Notes under the pieces: model-generated
Told to the model about the DNA's origin: nothing
Seen by the model: the letters and a program-made list of their open reading frames with translations, nothing else
The model's database searches: none
Assembly: GCA_947484175.1 (NCBI GenBank)
Contig: CANKOI010000001.1
Coordinates: 19,752-83,751, forward strand
Reading direction: 5' to 3'
Length of the DNA: 64,000 bases
Source of the DNA: Deltaproteobacteria bacterium
GTDB lineage: Bacteria; Myxococcota_A; UBA796; SXON01
Position numbers and translations under genes: made by a program
In this document: positions 1 through 10,869 of the stretch, in pieces
Position numbering within the stretch: the first letter of the stretch is position 1
Layout of the letters: each line of letters starts with the position of its first letter

Positions 1-173
1 TCGGCTGGTGGATCGAGCCGAGCCCCGACCTCACCGAGCTGATGAACATCAGCGGCATGGGCGGGAGCGTGGGCTGGAACGGGCTCATCGTCGATGACGT
101 GAACGGCAGCCGCGTGGCCGAGGCCACCGAGCTCGAGTCGGCCGTCGTCTCGGCGAACTGCACCCTCGACTGA
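1..173 (+). CDS. C-terminal end of an unidentified protein (gene starts upstream of the window)
   Basis: Frame open from position 3 to TGA 171-173 (GWWIEPSPDLTELMNISGMGGSVGWNGLIVDDVNGSRVAEATELESAVVSANCTLD*). Third codon positions almost all G/C, as in confirmed genes. Absent from ORF track because it has no start in the window. Confidence 0.5.
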   Translation, partial: GWWIEPSPDLTELMNISGMGGSVGWNGLIVDDVNGSRVAEATELESAVVSANCTLD

Positions 174-185
174 GCGAGCGGGCGT

Positions 186-1916
<1,731 letters not shown>

Positions 1917-1919
1917 CGA

Positions 1920-3059
1920 TCAGAGCGCGATGGGCGCTTCGCCGAAGGCCTTCGCCTTGAGGGCGGGGTTCTTCTTCTGGAGCTCCTGATCCTGCTCGGT
2001 CACGAAGGCCACGAAGGCCGCCTTGTCGAGCAGCGGGAGCTTGGAGGCGACCACCACCACCTCGCCGGTGCAATCCTTCGGAAGGTGCCACTTGTACTGC
2101 GCCACGGCGGGCTGAGCGCGGGCGACCACTTGGTCCGGCCAAGTGCGGCCGGCGTTGGTGACCAGGGCCGTGTGCACTTCGGCGCGAGTGTCCTTCTTGC
2201 AGGTGGCCACCTTCTTCACGTAGAGGCCGTAGCTGAGCGTGCCATCCAACTGCTGGAGCTCGCGGTAACGCTCCGCCGCCATCGCATCGCTGTCCGCTTC
2301 GTGTTTGAGCGCGAGGAGTGTCGTGCGAGCGGTCTCCAACGACAGCGGCGGAAGCTTCGGGGCGAGAGTGCGGATACTCCCGGCAGCGGCATCGGCAGCG
2401 GCAACATCGAGGCCGCCTATCGAGCCCACCCCAGCGGCGTCTGCGAAGGCTCCGACCCAGTAGCTCGCCAGCTCCGCGTCACTCTCCGCGGAAAGCCCCT
2501 GCTCGAGCCGGGGGAGGGCGTCCTTCCCCTGATTGCGCGAAAGCGTTTCGAGCACCGCCTTGAACCGGCTGCGGTCGCTGCGCTGGGACACGAGCCCACC
2601 CTCAAGGATGGTGACCGCCGCGGGCGCCTGGCAACCCGCGAGCCCTGCGTACCAGCGCCCACCCCAGAATTTGTCGCCCAGGGCCGCCGCGGACTCGGCG
2701 AAGAAGGCCGGAACCGCGGCGTTGGTGCACTGCGCGCCGAGCCCGCTGATGAAGCTGCTCTTTTCGTCGGGCTGCAGCGTGTCCACCCAGGTGCGTACGG
2801 CCTCCCCCAGTCCGAGCTCCATCGCTTTGACTGCGGCGGCATCGGCACCGGGGCCGGCGATGATTCGTTTCCACGCATCAGGAGCCGCGGTGCGAGCGGC
2901 GGCGGCATCGCAGTTCGCCAACTCCAGCCACGCCTTGCCCGCGACGGCGGGGCTGGCTTCCACGAGCGCGGATAGGGTACCGGCGACACAGGGGGGGCCG
3001 ACGGGGGCTGCAGGTTTCTTGGCCGCGAGGGCGAGGTTTGCGGTGAGCAGGAAGAACAT
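1920..3059 (-). CDS. Secreted hypothetical protein
   Basis: ORF 1920..3182, but the signal peptide MFFLLTANLALAA starts at the ATG at 3059, which is preceded by AGGAG. No recognisable catalytic motif. Confidence 0.6.
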   Translation of the reverse strand: MFFLLTANLALAAKKPAAPVGPPCVAGTLSALVEASPAVAGKAWLELANCDAAAARTAAPDAWKRIIAGPGADAAAVKAMELGLGEAVRTWVDTLQPDEKSSFISGLGAQCTNAAVPAFFAESAAALGDKFWGGRWYAGLAGCQAPAAVTILEGGLVSQRSDRSRFKAVLETLSRNQGKDALPRLEQGLSAESDAELASYWVGAFADAAGVGSIGGLDVAAADAAAGSIRTLAPKLPPLSLETARTTLLALKHEADSDAMAAERYRELQQLDGTLSYGLYVKKVATCKKDTRAEVHTALVTNAGRTWPDQVVARAQPAVAQYKWHLPKDCTGEVVVVASKLPLLDKAAFVAFVTEQDQELQKKNPALKAKAFGEAPIAL

Positions 3060-3120
3060 CGGGACTCCTAAGGGCGGCGATATACCCCGAAAGGTCGCTT
3101 GAAGCTTGATACGGTGCGGA

Positions 3121-3543
3121 ATGGCCGACAACGCCCCGCTGGACCGCCTCACGCGCCTGATGCGCCTGTCGCTGGGCTTCAACGCCGTCCTTCTTCTGGT
3201 TAACGCCGGGATGTTCTACTTCCTCCTCATCTTCGTGGTGAATGAGCCCGTCACGGTGGAGGGTGCTTCGCTCCGCACGGCCTCCGATCCCCGGCTGGCC
3301 AACGATGGCGATCCGCGCGAGGAGATGAAGCTCTTCTTCAAGGAGAAGTCGCAGGTGCTCGACCGAGCTGCCCGTCGCCACGGCACAAATCCGGCCGATG
3401 TCGTGCCCAGCGCAGGCGAGCTTGAGGCCGCCGTCGAGTCGCGGACGATGCATTCACCAGAGAGCGAAATCGTTCTTCAAAAGCTCAAAGAGGGCTACGA
3501 CTACTACAACTTGATGTGGCCGGTCGCGGTGCCGAATCGGTGA
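3121..3543 (+). CDS. Small membrane protein, unknown function
   Basis: Track ORF starts at TTG 3106; the first ATG is 3121 (MADNAPLDRL..). One hydrophobic helix (LGFNAVLLLVNAGMFYFLLIFVV). High GC3. Confidence 0.5.
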   Translation: MADNAPLDRLTRLMRLSLGFNAVLLLVNAGMFYFLLIFVVNEPVTVEGASLRTASDPRLANDGDPREEMKLFFKEKSQVLDRAARRHGTNPADVVPSAGELEAAVESRTMHSPESEIVLQKLKEGYDYYNLMWPVAVPNR

Positions 3544-3547
3544 ACCC

Positions 3548-4015
3548 TTGACGGCCCCGAAGGAGTGGCGCTATACGCGCGGCCACCCAGAGCCGCGGAT
3601 GATGCAACTCCCCCATGAAATGCGCGACACCATGGTCGAGCAGCTCGACGAATACCTCGACGCCCTGACGGGCACGCCCGAGGCTGAAATGGTTGCGGCG
3701 CGCCTCGTCGAGCTGGTCAGCACGGTGGCCGACGAGATGAAGCTGGACGAAGCCGATGAAATCCTCTTGAAGCTTGAGTCGTCCGGCGAACTGGATGCCT
3801 CGCTGCTCGAGGTGCTCGAGGAGGAGTTCGAGGGCAACCACGAGTTCGAGTTCACCGGCGAGGAGATCGTCGGCCTCCTCGAAAAGGTCTGCGACATCGA
3901 GTGGACCACGAAAGACGACGAGGACGACGACGCAGAAGAAGAAGTGGACGACGACGAAGACCCCGACGGGTTCTTCGACGAGATGGGCGGCGAGCCCGAC
4001 GACGAGGACATGTAG
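3548..4015 (+). CDS. Hyper-acidic hypothetical protein
   Basis: 155-aa ORF. C-terminal third is nearly pure Asp/Glu (DDEDDDAEEEVDDDEDPDGFFDEMGGEPDDEDM). Start ambiguous: TTG 3548 or ATG 3599/3602. Confidence 0.5.
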   Translation: MTAPKEWRYTRGHPEPRMMQLPHEMRDTMVEQLDEYLDALTGTPEAEMVAARLVELVSTVADEMKLDEADEILLKLESSGELDASLLEVLEEEFEGNHEFEFTGEEIVGLLEKVCDIEWTTKDDEDDDAEEEVDDDEDPDGFFDEMGGEPDDEDM

Positions 4016-4045
4016 CGAACCGCGGTTTTCGGATACACCGGCGGG

Positions 4046-5761
4046 ATGTTCTGGCAAGCCGTTGTCGCTGCGGGTTCGAGCGGGGCCTTTGCTGCGCCAC
4101 GGGGGGAAGCGGAGGTGCTCGCGACGCTGCAGGCGGCGCTTGAGGAGGCCCAGGTTCAGCTCACCGCGGCCGCCGCGCCGGGGGCGGATGGCGCCCCGGC
4201 CGACCGCGCCCACGCCATCAGTTACGAAGTGGTTGACCGCCGGGAACACACGGTCCAGGGCTCCCATGGTGCGGCCGCAGGCACCGTTTCCTCCCGCCGA
4301 CGCATCGTTGACGTCGACGTTCGGGTGGGCACCCCCGAGCTCGACAGCACCCACAAGATCCGCGACGAGAGTGCGTTCGGCGGCGACTCCCGTGGGCGGT
4401 GGATGGTGGGCTTCGAGGGCCCGCTCGATCCGCTCCGGCGCCTGCTTCTCCGCGCCACCGACGATGCGTTTCGACAGGCGCGCTCGCGGCTGTTGAAGGT
4501 GCGGAGCAACGCGGCCGTGAAGGTCGTGCGAGACGACGACTCGGCGGACTATGGCCCCGCCGCCCCCGTCACCCGCATGGCACCCGCCGCCCCCCTGGTG
4601 GTGGACTACCCGTCGTGGAAAGAGCTCACCCGCGAGCTCAGCGGCGCCTACCTCGCGTGGCCCGAGATCGTAGACAGCGCCGTGCAACTCGTCGTCACCG
4701 AAGACGACCGCTGGTTCGTGAACAACGACGGCGCCCGCGTGATGGACGGCCGGAGCCACCTGCGCTTCGCCACCTGGGCCACGGCGATCGCCGACGACGG
4801 CATGGAGCTGTCGGTGTACGACTACGTCGACGTAGCCGCCCTCGATCACCTTCCCGACCGGGCGCGCATGGAGGCGATGGTGCAGGGCGTGGCCGAACGG
4901 ACCGCGGCGCTGCGCAAAGCGCCCGTTGTCGAACCGTGGACGGGTCCGGCGATCCTTCGCGGCCGAGCGGCGGGCGTCTTCTTTCACGAGATTTTCGGTC
5001 ATCGCGTGGAGGGGCACCGCCAGAAGGACGAGGACGAAGGCCAGACCTTTACGAGCATGGTGGGCCAGTCCATCCTTCCTTCCTTTCTGAGCGTTTTCGA
5101 CGATCCGACGATTGAGCGCTTCGGGAACGTCGACCTGAACGGCCACTACGTCGTCGACAACGAAGGCGTGGCCGCCGAGCGGGTTTCGCTGGTCGAGAAG
5201 GGTGTGCTGCGGAACTTCCTGATGTCGCGCACCCCCATCGAAGGCTTCGCACGCAGCAACGGGCACGGCCGGCGCCAGACCAGCCACACCGTCGTACCTC
5301 GGCAGGGAAACCTGATGATCGAGGCGCACGTGTCCGTGTCGGCGGCGGAGCTGCGGAAGCGCCTAGTGGCGGAAGCGGTGCGACAGGGCAAGCCGTGGGG
5401 ACTGTTGTTCGACGACATTTCCGGGGGATTCACGTTCACTGGTCGCAGCACACCGAACAGCTTTGCCGTCCAGCCGGTCGTGGTGTGGCGCGTGTGGACG
5501 GATGGCCGCCCCGACGAACTGGTGCGGGGAGTGGACCTGATCGGCACCCCGCTCACCACCTTCTCGCGGATCCTCGCGGCGGGCGGCGAGCCCGAGGTGT
5601 TCAACGGTACTTGCGGCGCCGAGAGCGGGTGGGTTCCCGTGAGCGCAAGCGCGCCGAGCCTGTTGGTGTCGGAGGTGGAAGTGCAGCGGCGTGCCAAGGG
5701 CAACGACCGGCCGCCGCTCCTCTCTCCTCCGGTGCCCCACGACGCGGAGGCCGCCAAATGA
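4046..5761 (+). CDS. TldD-family metallopeptidase
   Basis: 571 aa with the TldD-type HExxxH motif (FFHEIFGHRVEGH) and a C-terminal PmbA_TldD fold pattern. ATG 4046. Stop overlaps the next start (ATGA). Confidence 0.8.
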   Translation: MFWQAVVAAGSSGAFAAPRGEAEVLATLQAALEEAQVQLTAAAAPGADGAPADRAHAISYEVVDRREHTVQGSHGAAAGTVSSRRRIVDVDVRVGTPELDSTHKIRDESAFGGDSRGRWMVGFEGPLDPLRRLLLRATDDAFRQARSRLLKVRSNAAVKVVRDDDSADYGPAAPVTRMAPAAPLVVDYPSWKELTRELSGAYLAWPEIVDSAVQLVVTEDDRWFVNNDGARVMDGRSHLRFATWATAIADDGMELSVYDYVDVAALDHLPDRARMEAMVQGVAERTAALRKAPVVEPWTGPAILRGRAAGVFFHEIFGHRVEGHRQKDEDEGQTFTSMVGQSILPSFLSVFDDPTIERFGNVDLNGHYVVDNEGVAAERVSLVEKGVLRNFLMSRTPIEGFARSNGHGRRQTSHTVVPRQGNLMIEAHVSVSAAELRKRLVAEAVRQGKPWGLLFDDISGGFTFTGRSTPNSFAVQPVVVWRVWTDGRPDELVRGVDLIGTPLTTFSRILAAGGEPEVFNGTCGAESGWVPVSASAPSLLVSEVEVQRRAKGNDRPPLLSPPVPHDAEAAK

Positions 5762-7452
5762 TCGGCGCCCTCCTAGTCGGCGCCGCCTTGGCCGCCGAGG
5801 TACCGCCGCCCAGCCTCGCGCTCGAAGCCGCCCTCGAAGCGGAGCTGGCGCGCATCGCCGACCTCCGCCTCCCCGACGCCCCCGCCCCCTGGCTCGTCAC
5901 CTACGACGTGTCCGATGGTCCCCTGCACTACGCGGCGGCGGAGGACGGCGCGTTGTACGCGGCCATCCACACCCAGCACCGGTCGCTACGCGCCGACGTG
6001 CGGGTGGGCGATTCGACGGTGGACTCCTCGAACTTCGACAGCTTCGGCGGTCGGCCCACGGTGCAGATCCGCAATTTGCCGGAGGAGGACCTGCTCGTGG
6101 CCCTGCGCCGCGAGATCTGGCTCGCCACGGATGCCGCCTACAAGGGCGCGGTCGAGCTCCTCTCGCAGAAGCAGGCCGCACGACGGGGGCAGCTAGAGGT
6201 GCCGCCCCCCGACTACGAGGTGCTTCCTCCGGCGGTGATCGGGCCAGCGAAGAGTACGGTCACCGCCTTGGGTGCCGACGAGGCCGACACCATGGCGCGG
6301 GTGCTGAGCGCGGCGGCCAGCGTGGCGGGCATAGAAGCCGCACAGGCAGAAGTGCGGGACTGGCACGGCTGGCATCTCACGGTGTCGAGCGACGGCACGC
6401 GCGCATGGCGCACGATCGGCAGCGTGGTGGTGCGCGTGCAGGCCACCGTCCGGCGCGACGACGGCACCGAGGTGCGCGATGCGCGCTGGTGGGTGGAGCG
6501 CGACGCCGCAGCCCTCCCTCCGGTGCAGGCGCTTGAGGCCGAAGCGAGCGAGATGGCGGCCCGCCTCCTCTTGATCGCCGCGGCGCCCGCCCCCGAGCCG
6601 TGGCTCGGCCCGGTCCTCTTCGAGGGCCATGCCGCCACCGAACTCTTCAGCCAACTCCTCGCGCCGGAGGTGGTGGGCACGCGGCCCGAGGAGAGCGACG
6701 ACAGCTCGAGCTTCGGCCGCGGCGGAGAGCCGCGCGCGCGGCTCGGCCGCCGGCTGCTCCCCGAGGGTTGGACGGTGTGGGACGATCCCACCAGCACGAC
6801 CGGCGCTGCGGGTGAGTACAGCCTCGATCACGAAGGCGTGGCGCCGAGGCGGGTCGACCTCGTCGTGGGCGGGGTGGTCAAGGACCTTTTGATGTCCCGA
6901 ATCCCGAGCAAAGAACGGGCGCACTCCACCGGCCACGGCCGCGCCCTCAGCGACGCACGCCGGGCCGCGATCGTGGGCTACGCCCACGTGGCGGCGCCCC
7001 GGCTTCTCTCGGCGAAGGCGCTGCGCGCGCGCGCCCTGAGCCTCGCCGGCGCCGCAGGGCTCGACCGCGTGCTGGTCGTGACCCGGCTCACCCCGCCCTC
7101 GATGGTGGACTCCCTCGAGTTCGCGATGTCGGGCGATGCGCCGCTTGCCGGCCTCACCGCCCCCTACGAGGCCTGCCTGCTCGACAAGAACGGGGCGTGC
7201 GAGCCCGTACGCAACCTTCGTTTCGTGGGGGGCGACCGCCGCACGCTCCGCGACATCGTGGCCGCCGGCCCCGGCCCCGGCCCGCAAAACCAGCTCGATG
7301 GCCCCCCCGGCACAAGTCGCTACACCATCGGCACCACCGGCGGCGTGCCGACGACGTGGACCGTTCCCAGCGTGCTGATCTCGGAGCTCGAACTGGAGCC
7401 CGCTGTGGGTGGGGAGCCCCGGGTGCTCCGGGTGGAGCGCGCCGCACAGTGA
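5758..7452 (+). CDS. PmbA/TldE-like partner subunit (no HExxxH)
   Basis: The track ORF (5395..7452) has an implausible Arg-rich N-terminus. The in-frame ATG at 5758 gives MIGALLVGAALAAEV.. and overlaps the upstream stop. C-terminal similarity to the preceding protein (GHG.., LLMSRIPS, ISELELE). Confidence 0.7.
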   Translation: MIGALLVGAALAAEVPPPSLALEAALEAELARIADLRLPDAPAPWLVTYDVSDGPLHYAAAEDGALYAAIHTQHRSLRADVRVGDSTVDSSNFDSFGGRPTVQIRNLPEEDLLVALRREIWLATDAAYKGAVELLSQKQAARRGQLEVPPPDYEVLPPAVIGPAKSTVTALGADEADTMARVLSAAASVAGIEAAQAEVRDWHGWHLTVSSDGTRAWRTIGSVVVRVQATVRRDDGTEVRDARWWVERDAAALPPVQALEAEASEMAARLLLIAAAPAPEPWLGPVLFEGHAATELFSQLLAPEVVGTRPEESDDSSSFGRGGEPRARLGRRLLPEGWTVWDDPTSTTGAAGEYSLDHEGVAPRRVDLVVGGVVKDLLMSRIPSKERAHSTGHGRALSDARRAAIVGYAHVAAPRLLSAKALRARALSLAGAAGLDRVLVVTRLTPPSMVDSLEFAMSGDAPLAGLTAPYEACLLDKNGACEPVRNLRFVGGDRRTLRDIVAAGPGPGPQNQLDGPPGTSRYTIGTTGGVPTTWTVPSVLISELELEPAVGGEPRVLRVERAAQ

Positions 7453-9053
7453 GGCGAGGGCCCGCGCGCCTCGATGGCAGGGCGAAGCTCCTGCGGCTCT
7501 TGGTCTACTTCGGGCTCGCGAGCGGGCTCACTTGGCCGTTGCTGCTCTCCCCCGCGTCCTTGGTTCCCGGGGGCCTGCGCACCGACGTTTTTAACAGTCT
7601 CTGGGGCTACTGGTTCGTAGCGAGCGGGCTGGCAGAAGGCCACTTCCCGGTTCACACCACACTCCTCGCGTGGCCCGACGGCGGGCGCCTCCTCGTGGCC
7701 GATCCGCTCAACGCCGTGCTCGCCGCGCCGCTCACCCTCACCTGCGGCCCAGCGCTGGCCTACTCGGTCACGGTACTGCTCCACCTCACGCTGGCGGGCT
7801 TCTTCGCCGACGCCACCGGGCGGGCGCTCGGGGGCCGAGGTTGGGTGGCGGGAACGGCGTTCGTGGTGTCGCCGATCGTGCTCTCGCACCTGCAGAACGG
7901 TTCCTCGGAAGCGGCGGCGGTGGCGTGGTTGCCGCTCTCGACGCTCCTCGTCGTGCGCGCCCTCGAAGCACCGATGGAGGGGGGCCGGGCCGCTAAGCGC
8001 GTGGGGCTCGCCGGGCTGGGCCTCGCCCTCGCCGCGATCGGCTCGGGCTGGTACGCGGGGCTCGGCGCCTTCCTGTTTGCGGCCTCCTTCCTGTTCGCGG
8101 GCGGGGGACGCCGCATGTTGCCGGTGCTCCTCGTGGGCGCCCTGCTCCTCCTTCCCTTCGCGGCGCTCTACCATCAGCTCGCCGCCGCCCCAGACGGCCT
8201 CGTGGACATCAAGACCCCCGAGGTGCTCGCCCGCCTCCGGCGCACCGTCGGCGCCGCCGATCCGTGGAGCTTCGTGCGGCCGGGAGATTTTCGTTCCCCC
8301 GACTTCGCGCGCTTGGAGCAAAACGCCAGCGACCTCGTTCACACCGCCTATCTGGGCATCGTGCTCGTCGGATTGGCGCTCTGGCGCGGGCGCCGGCCGG
8401 CGCTGTGGATCGGCCTCGGACTCAGCATTCTTCTCGCCCTCGGCCCGGTGCTGGTGTCGGGGGGCGGCGCGGTGCACTGGCATGGGCGCGCCTTTCCGCT
8501 GCCCTACGCCTGGCTGGAGCCGCTGCCGGGGTTTGCGTCGCTCTCCCTGCTCTACCGCATCGCCACGTTGGCCCCGTTGTGTCTGGGCCTGCTGGCGGAT
8601 CGAGCCCCCGGCTGGCTGGCGCCGCTCTTGGTCGCGGAAACGCTCCTGCTTTCCCCCGCGCGCGCGCTCCCCCAGCTCACGCCGGTGGAGCCAGCCGCCG
8701 CGCTCGTGGCGCTCCGCACCGCCGGTGAGGGCGCGGTGATCAGCCTTCCCGCCTCGTTCGCGCGCACCCGGCTCTATGAACAGACGTTGCACGCCCACCC
8801 GCTCACGGCCTCGCTCAACAGCGGCGCCACGCCCGCCGGCTTGCGGGTGCTGGCTGCCCTCCGCAAAGTGGCCCGGCACGAAGCCGCGTGGTCGGAGGCC
8901 GTGGCGATTGCCCGCAAGGAGGGGGTGCGGTTCGTGATTCTGCACACCGACGTGGCGGTGGAGGCCAACTTCCAGACGTCCGCGCGGGCGTTGCGCGACC
9001 ACGCCGAGGTGCTGAGCAGGTCGGAGGGCCGGACCATTTACGGGATTTTTTGA
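7449..9053 (+). CDS. Large polytopic membrane protein, unknown function (possibly GT-C/YfhO-like)
   Basis: GTG 7449 overlaps the upstream stop (GTGA). About 12 hydrophobic segments followed by a soluble C-terminal domain. No diagnostic motif seen. Confidence 0.6.
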   Translation: MRRGPARLDGRAKLLRLLVYFGLASGLTWPLLLSPASLVPGGLRTDVFNSLWGYWFVASGLAEGHFPVHTTLLAWPDGGRLLVADPLNAVLAAPLTLTCGPALAYSVTVLLHLTLAGFFADATGRALGGRGWVAGTAFVVSPIVLSHLQNGSSEAAAVAWLPLSTLLVVRALEAPMEGGRAAKRVGLAGLGLALAAIGSGWYAGLGAFLFAASFLFAGGGRRMLPVLLVGALLLLPFAALYHQLAAAPDGLVDIKTPEVLARLRRTVGAADPWSFVRPGDFRSPDFARLEQNASDLVHTAYLGIVLVGLALWRGRRPALWIGLGLSILLALGPVLVSGGGAVHWHGRAFPLPYAWLEPLPGFASLSLLYRIATLAPLCLGLLADRAPGWLAPLLVAETLLLSPARALPQLTPVEPAAALVALRTAGEGAVISLPASFARTRLYEQTLHAHPLTASLNSGATPAGLRVLAALRKVARHEAAWSEAVAIARKEGVRFVILHTDVAVEANFQTSARALRDHAEVLSRSEGRTIYGIF

Positions 9054-9118
9054 GGGCCGGTCGCGCTTTCCCAAACCCCCGCGCCGGGGTAAACGCCGCC
9101 CCCGCCTCGGAACGCCCC

Positions 9119-10699
9119 ATGATCGTCGTCGACAACGTCAGCAAGAGCTTCGGCGGCACCAAGCTGTTCGAAGAGGTCACCTGCTCGTTCGGGCCGGGCA
9201 AACGCTTCGGGCTCACCGGCCCCAACGGCGCCGGCAAGTCCACGTTCATGAAGATCCTCAACGGCGACCTCGACGCCGACTCGGGCCGCGTGCTGCGTCC
9301 CAAGCGTTTGGGAATCCTCCGCCAGGACCACACACTCTTCGACCACATGCGCGTGATCGACGTGGTGATCTGCGGCAACGCCCGGCTGTGGGAGGCCATG
9401 CAGCGGAAGGACGTGCTGCTCGCCCAGGCCGAGCTGAGCGACGACGACGGCATGGAGCTCGGTGACCTCGAATGTGTCGTGGCCGAAGAGGATGGCTACA
9501 GCGCCGAGAGCGACGCCGCCGTGCTCCTCGAGGGGCTGGGCATTCCGCAGGAGAGCGCGTTCGTTCCCCTGAGCGAGCTCAAGGGCGGTTTTAAGCTGCG
9601 GGTGCTGCTCGCTCAGGCGCTGTTCGGCTCGCCGCAGGCGTTGCTGCTCGACGAACCCACCAACCATCTCGATCTGGAGAGCATCGAGTGGCTGGAAGAG
9701 TTCCTCCACGGCTTTGATGGTGTGCTGGTGGTGATCAGCCACGACCGCCACTTCCTCAACAGCGTGTGCACCCACATCTCCGACATCGACTACGAAACGA
9801 TCATCCAGTACACGGGCAACTACGACGACATGGTGCGGGCCAAGGCGCAGGTTCGCGGGCAGGTGGCCTCGAGCAACGCCAAGAAGATGGAGAAGATCAA
9901 ACAACTCCAAGACTTCATCTCGCGCTTTGCGGCCGGCACCCGGTCTACCCAGGCGGCCAGCCGCAAAAAGGAGCTGGACCGCCTTCGCCCCGACGAGATC
10001 AAGCGCAGCAACATCGCTCGCCCGTTCATCAAGTTTGAGTTTGACAAGCCCGGCGGGCGCGACGTGCTCGAAATCCACAAGCTCGCGTGCGGGTACGTGG
10101 GCGAGGCTCTGTTCCGCGGCCTGCACCTCACCGTTTCCCGCGGCGAGAAGGTCGCCGTGATCGGCAAGAACGGCGTGGGCAAGACCACGTTCATCGAAAC
10201 GCTCGCGAACAATCTCCCCGCCATCGCCGGCAACATCAAGTGGGGCCACGAAGTGGACGTCGGGTATTTTCCTCAAGAACACGACGGCCTCATCCCGCCC
10301 GGCCACAAGATTTTCGACTGGATGTTTGAGCAGAAGCCCGAGGCCGGCAAGGAGGGCGTTCGCAGCGTGCTCGGCCGGATGCTCTTCTCCGGCGAGGACG
10401 GCGACAAGCCCACCACCACGCTCTCCGGCGGCGAGCGCGTCCGGGCCATCCTCGCGCGGCTCATGCTTTTGCGTCACAACACGCTCCTGCTCGACGAGCC
10501 CACCAATCACATGGACCTCGAAGCCATCAGCTCCCTGCGCGACGGCATCCAGAGCTTCCCCGGCACCTGCATCTTCGTGACCCACGACCGCGACCTCATC
10601 GAGGGCGTGGCGAACAAGATCATCAGCGTGGAGCACGGCCGCATCGACGTCTTCCCGGGTGGCTGGCCCGAATACCGAAAGGCCAAGCAGAAGGATTGA
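9119..10699 (+). CDS. ABC-F family ATPase (tandem ABC domains, no TM domain)
   Basis: True start ATG 9119 (MIVVDNVSKSFGG). Walker A GPNGAGKST and GKNGVGKTT, signature LSGGERVR, Walker B LLLDEPTNHLD / LLLDEPTNHMD. Confidence 0.9.
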   Translation: MIVVDNVSKSFGGTKLFEEVTCSFGPGKRFGLTGPNGAGKSTFMKILNGDLDADSGRVLRPKRLGILRQDHTLFDHMRVIDVVICGNARLWEAMQRKDVLLAQAELSDDDGMELGDLECVVAEEDGYSAESDAAVLLEGLGIPQESAFVPLSELKGGFKLRVLLAQALFGSPQALLLDEPTNHLDLESIEWLEEFLHGFDGVLVVISHDRHFLNSVCTHISDIDYETIIQYTGNYDDMVRAKAQVRGQVASSNAKKMEKIKQLQDFISRFAAGTRSTQAASRKKELDRLRPDEIKRSNIARPFIKFEFDKPGGRDVLEIHKLACGYVGEALFRGLHLTVSRGEKVAVIGKNGVGKTTFIETLANNLPAIAGNIKWGHEVDVGYFPQEHDGLIPPGHKIFDWMFEQKPEAGKEGVRSVLGRMLFSGEDGDKPTTTLSGGERVRAILARLMLLRHNTLLLDEPTNHMDLEAISSLRDGIQSFPGTCIFVTHDRDLIEGVANKIISVEHGRIDVFPGGWPEYRKAKQKD

Positions 10700-10869
10700 G
10701 GATGGGCTCGCGGGGGCGTGGCGTGCCGCGCCTCCGCTCCCGCTCTCGCGAGGGGCCCGAAGTGGGGCATCGGTGTCCCGGTGGGGCATGGACGCCCCGA
10801 TCCCGGCGGGGAAAAATCTCTGGCCGAACGCCGGCAGATGCGGTACCCTCCCCTTCCTCCGAGGTGACC

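Noticed and set aside
3485-5329. 614-aa minus-strand ORF antisense to the acidic protein and TldD genes
   Set aside because: Arg/Gly/His/Val-rich low-information sequence with no motif. The opposite frame carries the TldD HExxxH motif and strong G/C third-position bias. Typical shadow ORF of a GC-rich genome.
5395-5757. N-terminal extensions suggested by the ORF track (also 8888..9118, 17457..17798, 19601..20455, 25617..26414, 46413..46856, 46907..47713, 57590..57913)
   Set aside because: These segments overlap the preceding gene, translate to Arg/Pro/Gly-rich sequence, and are followed by an in-frame start that yields a signal peptide or the conserved N-terminus of the family.
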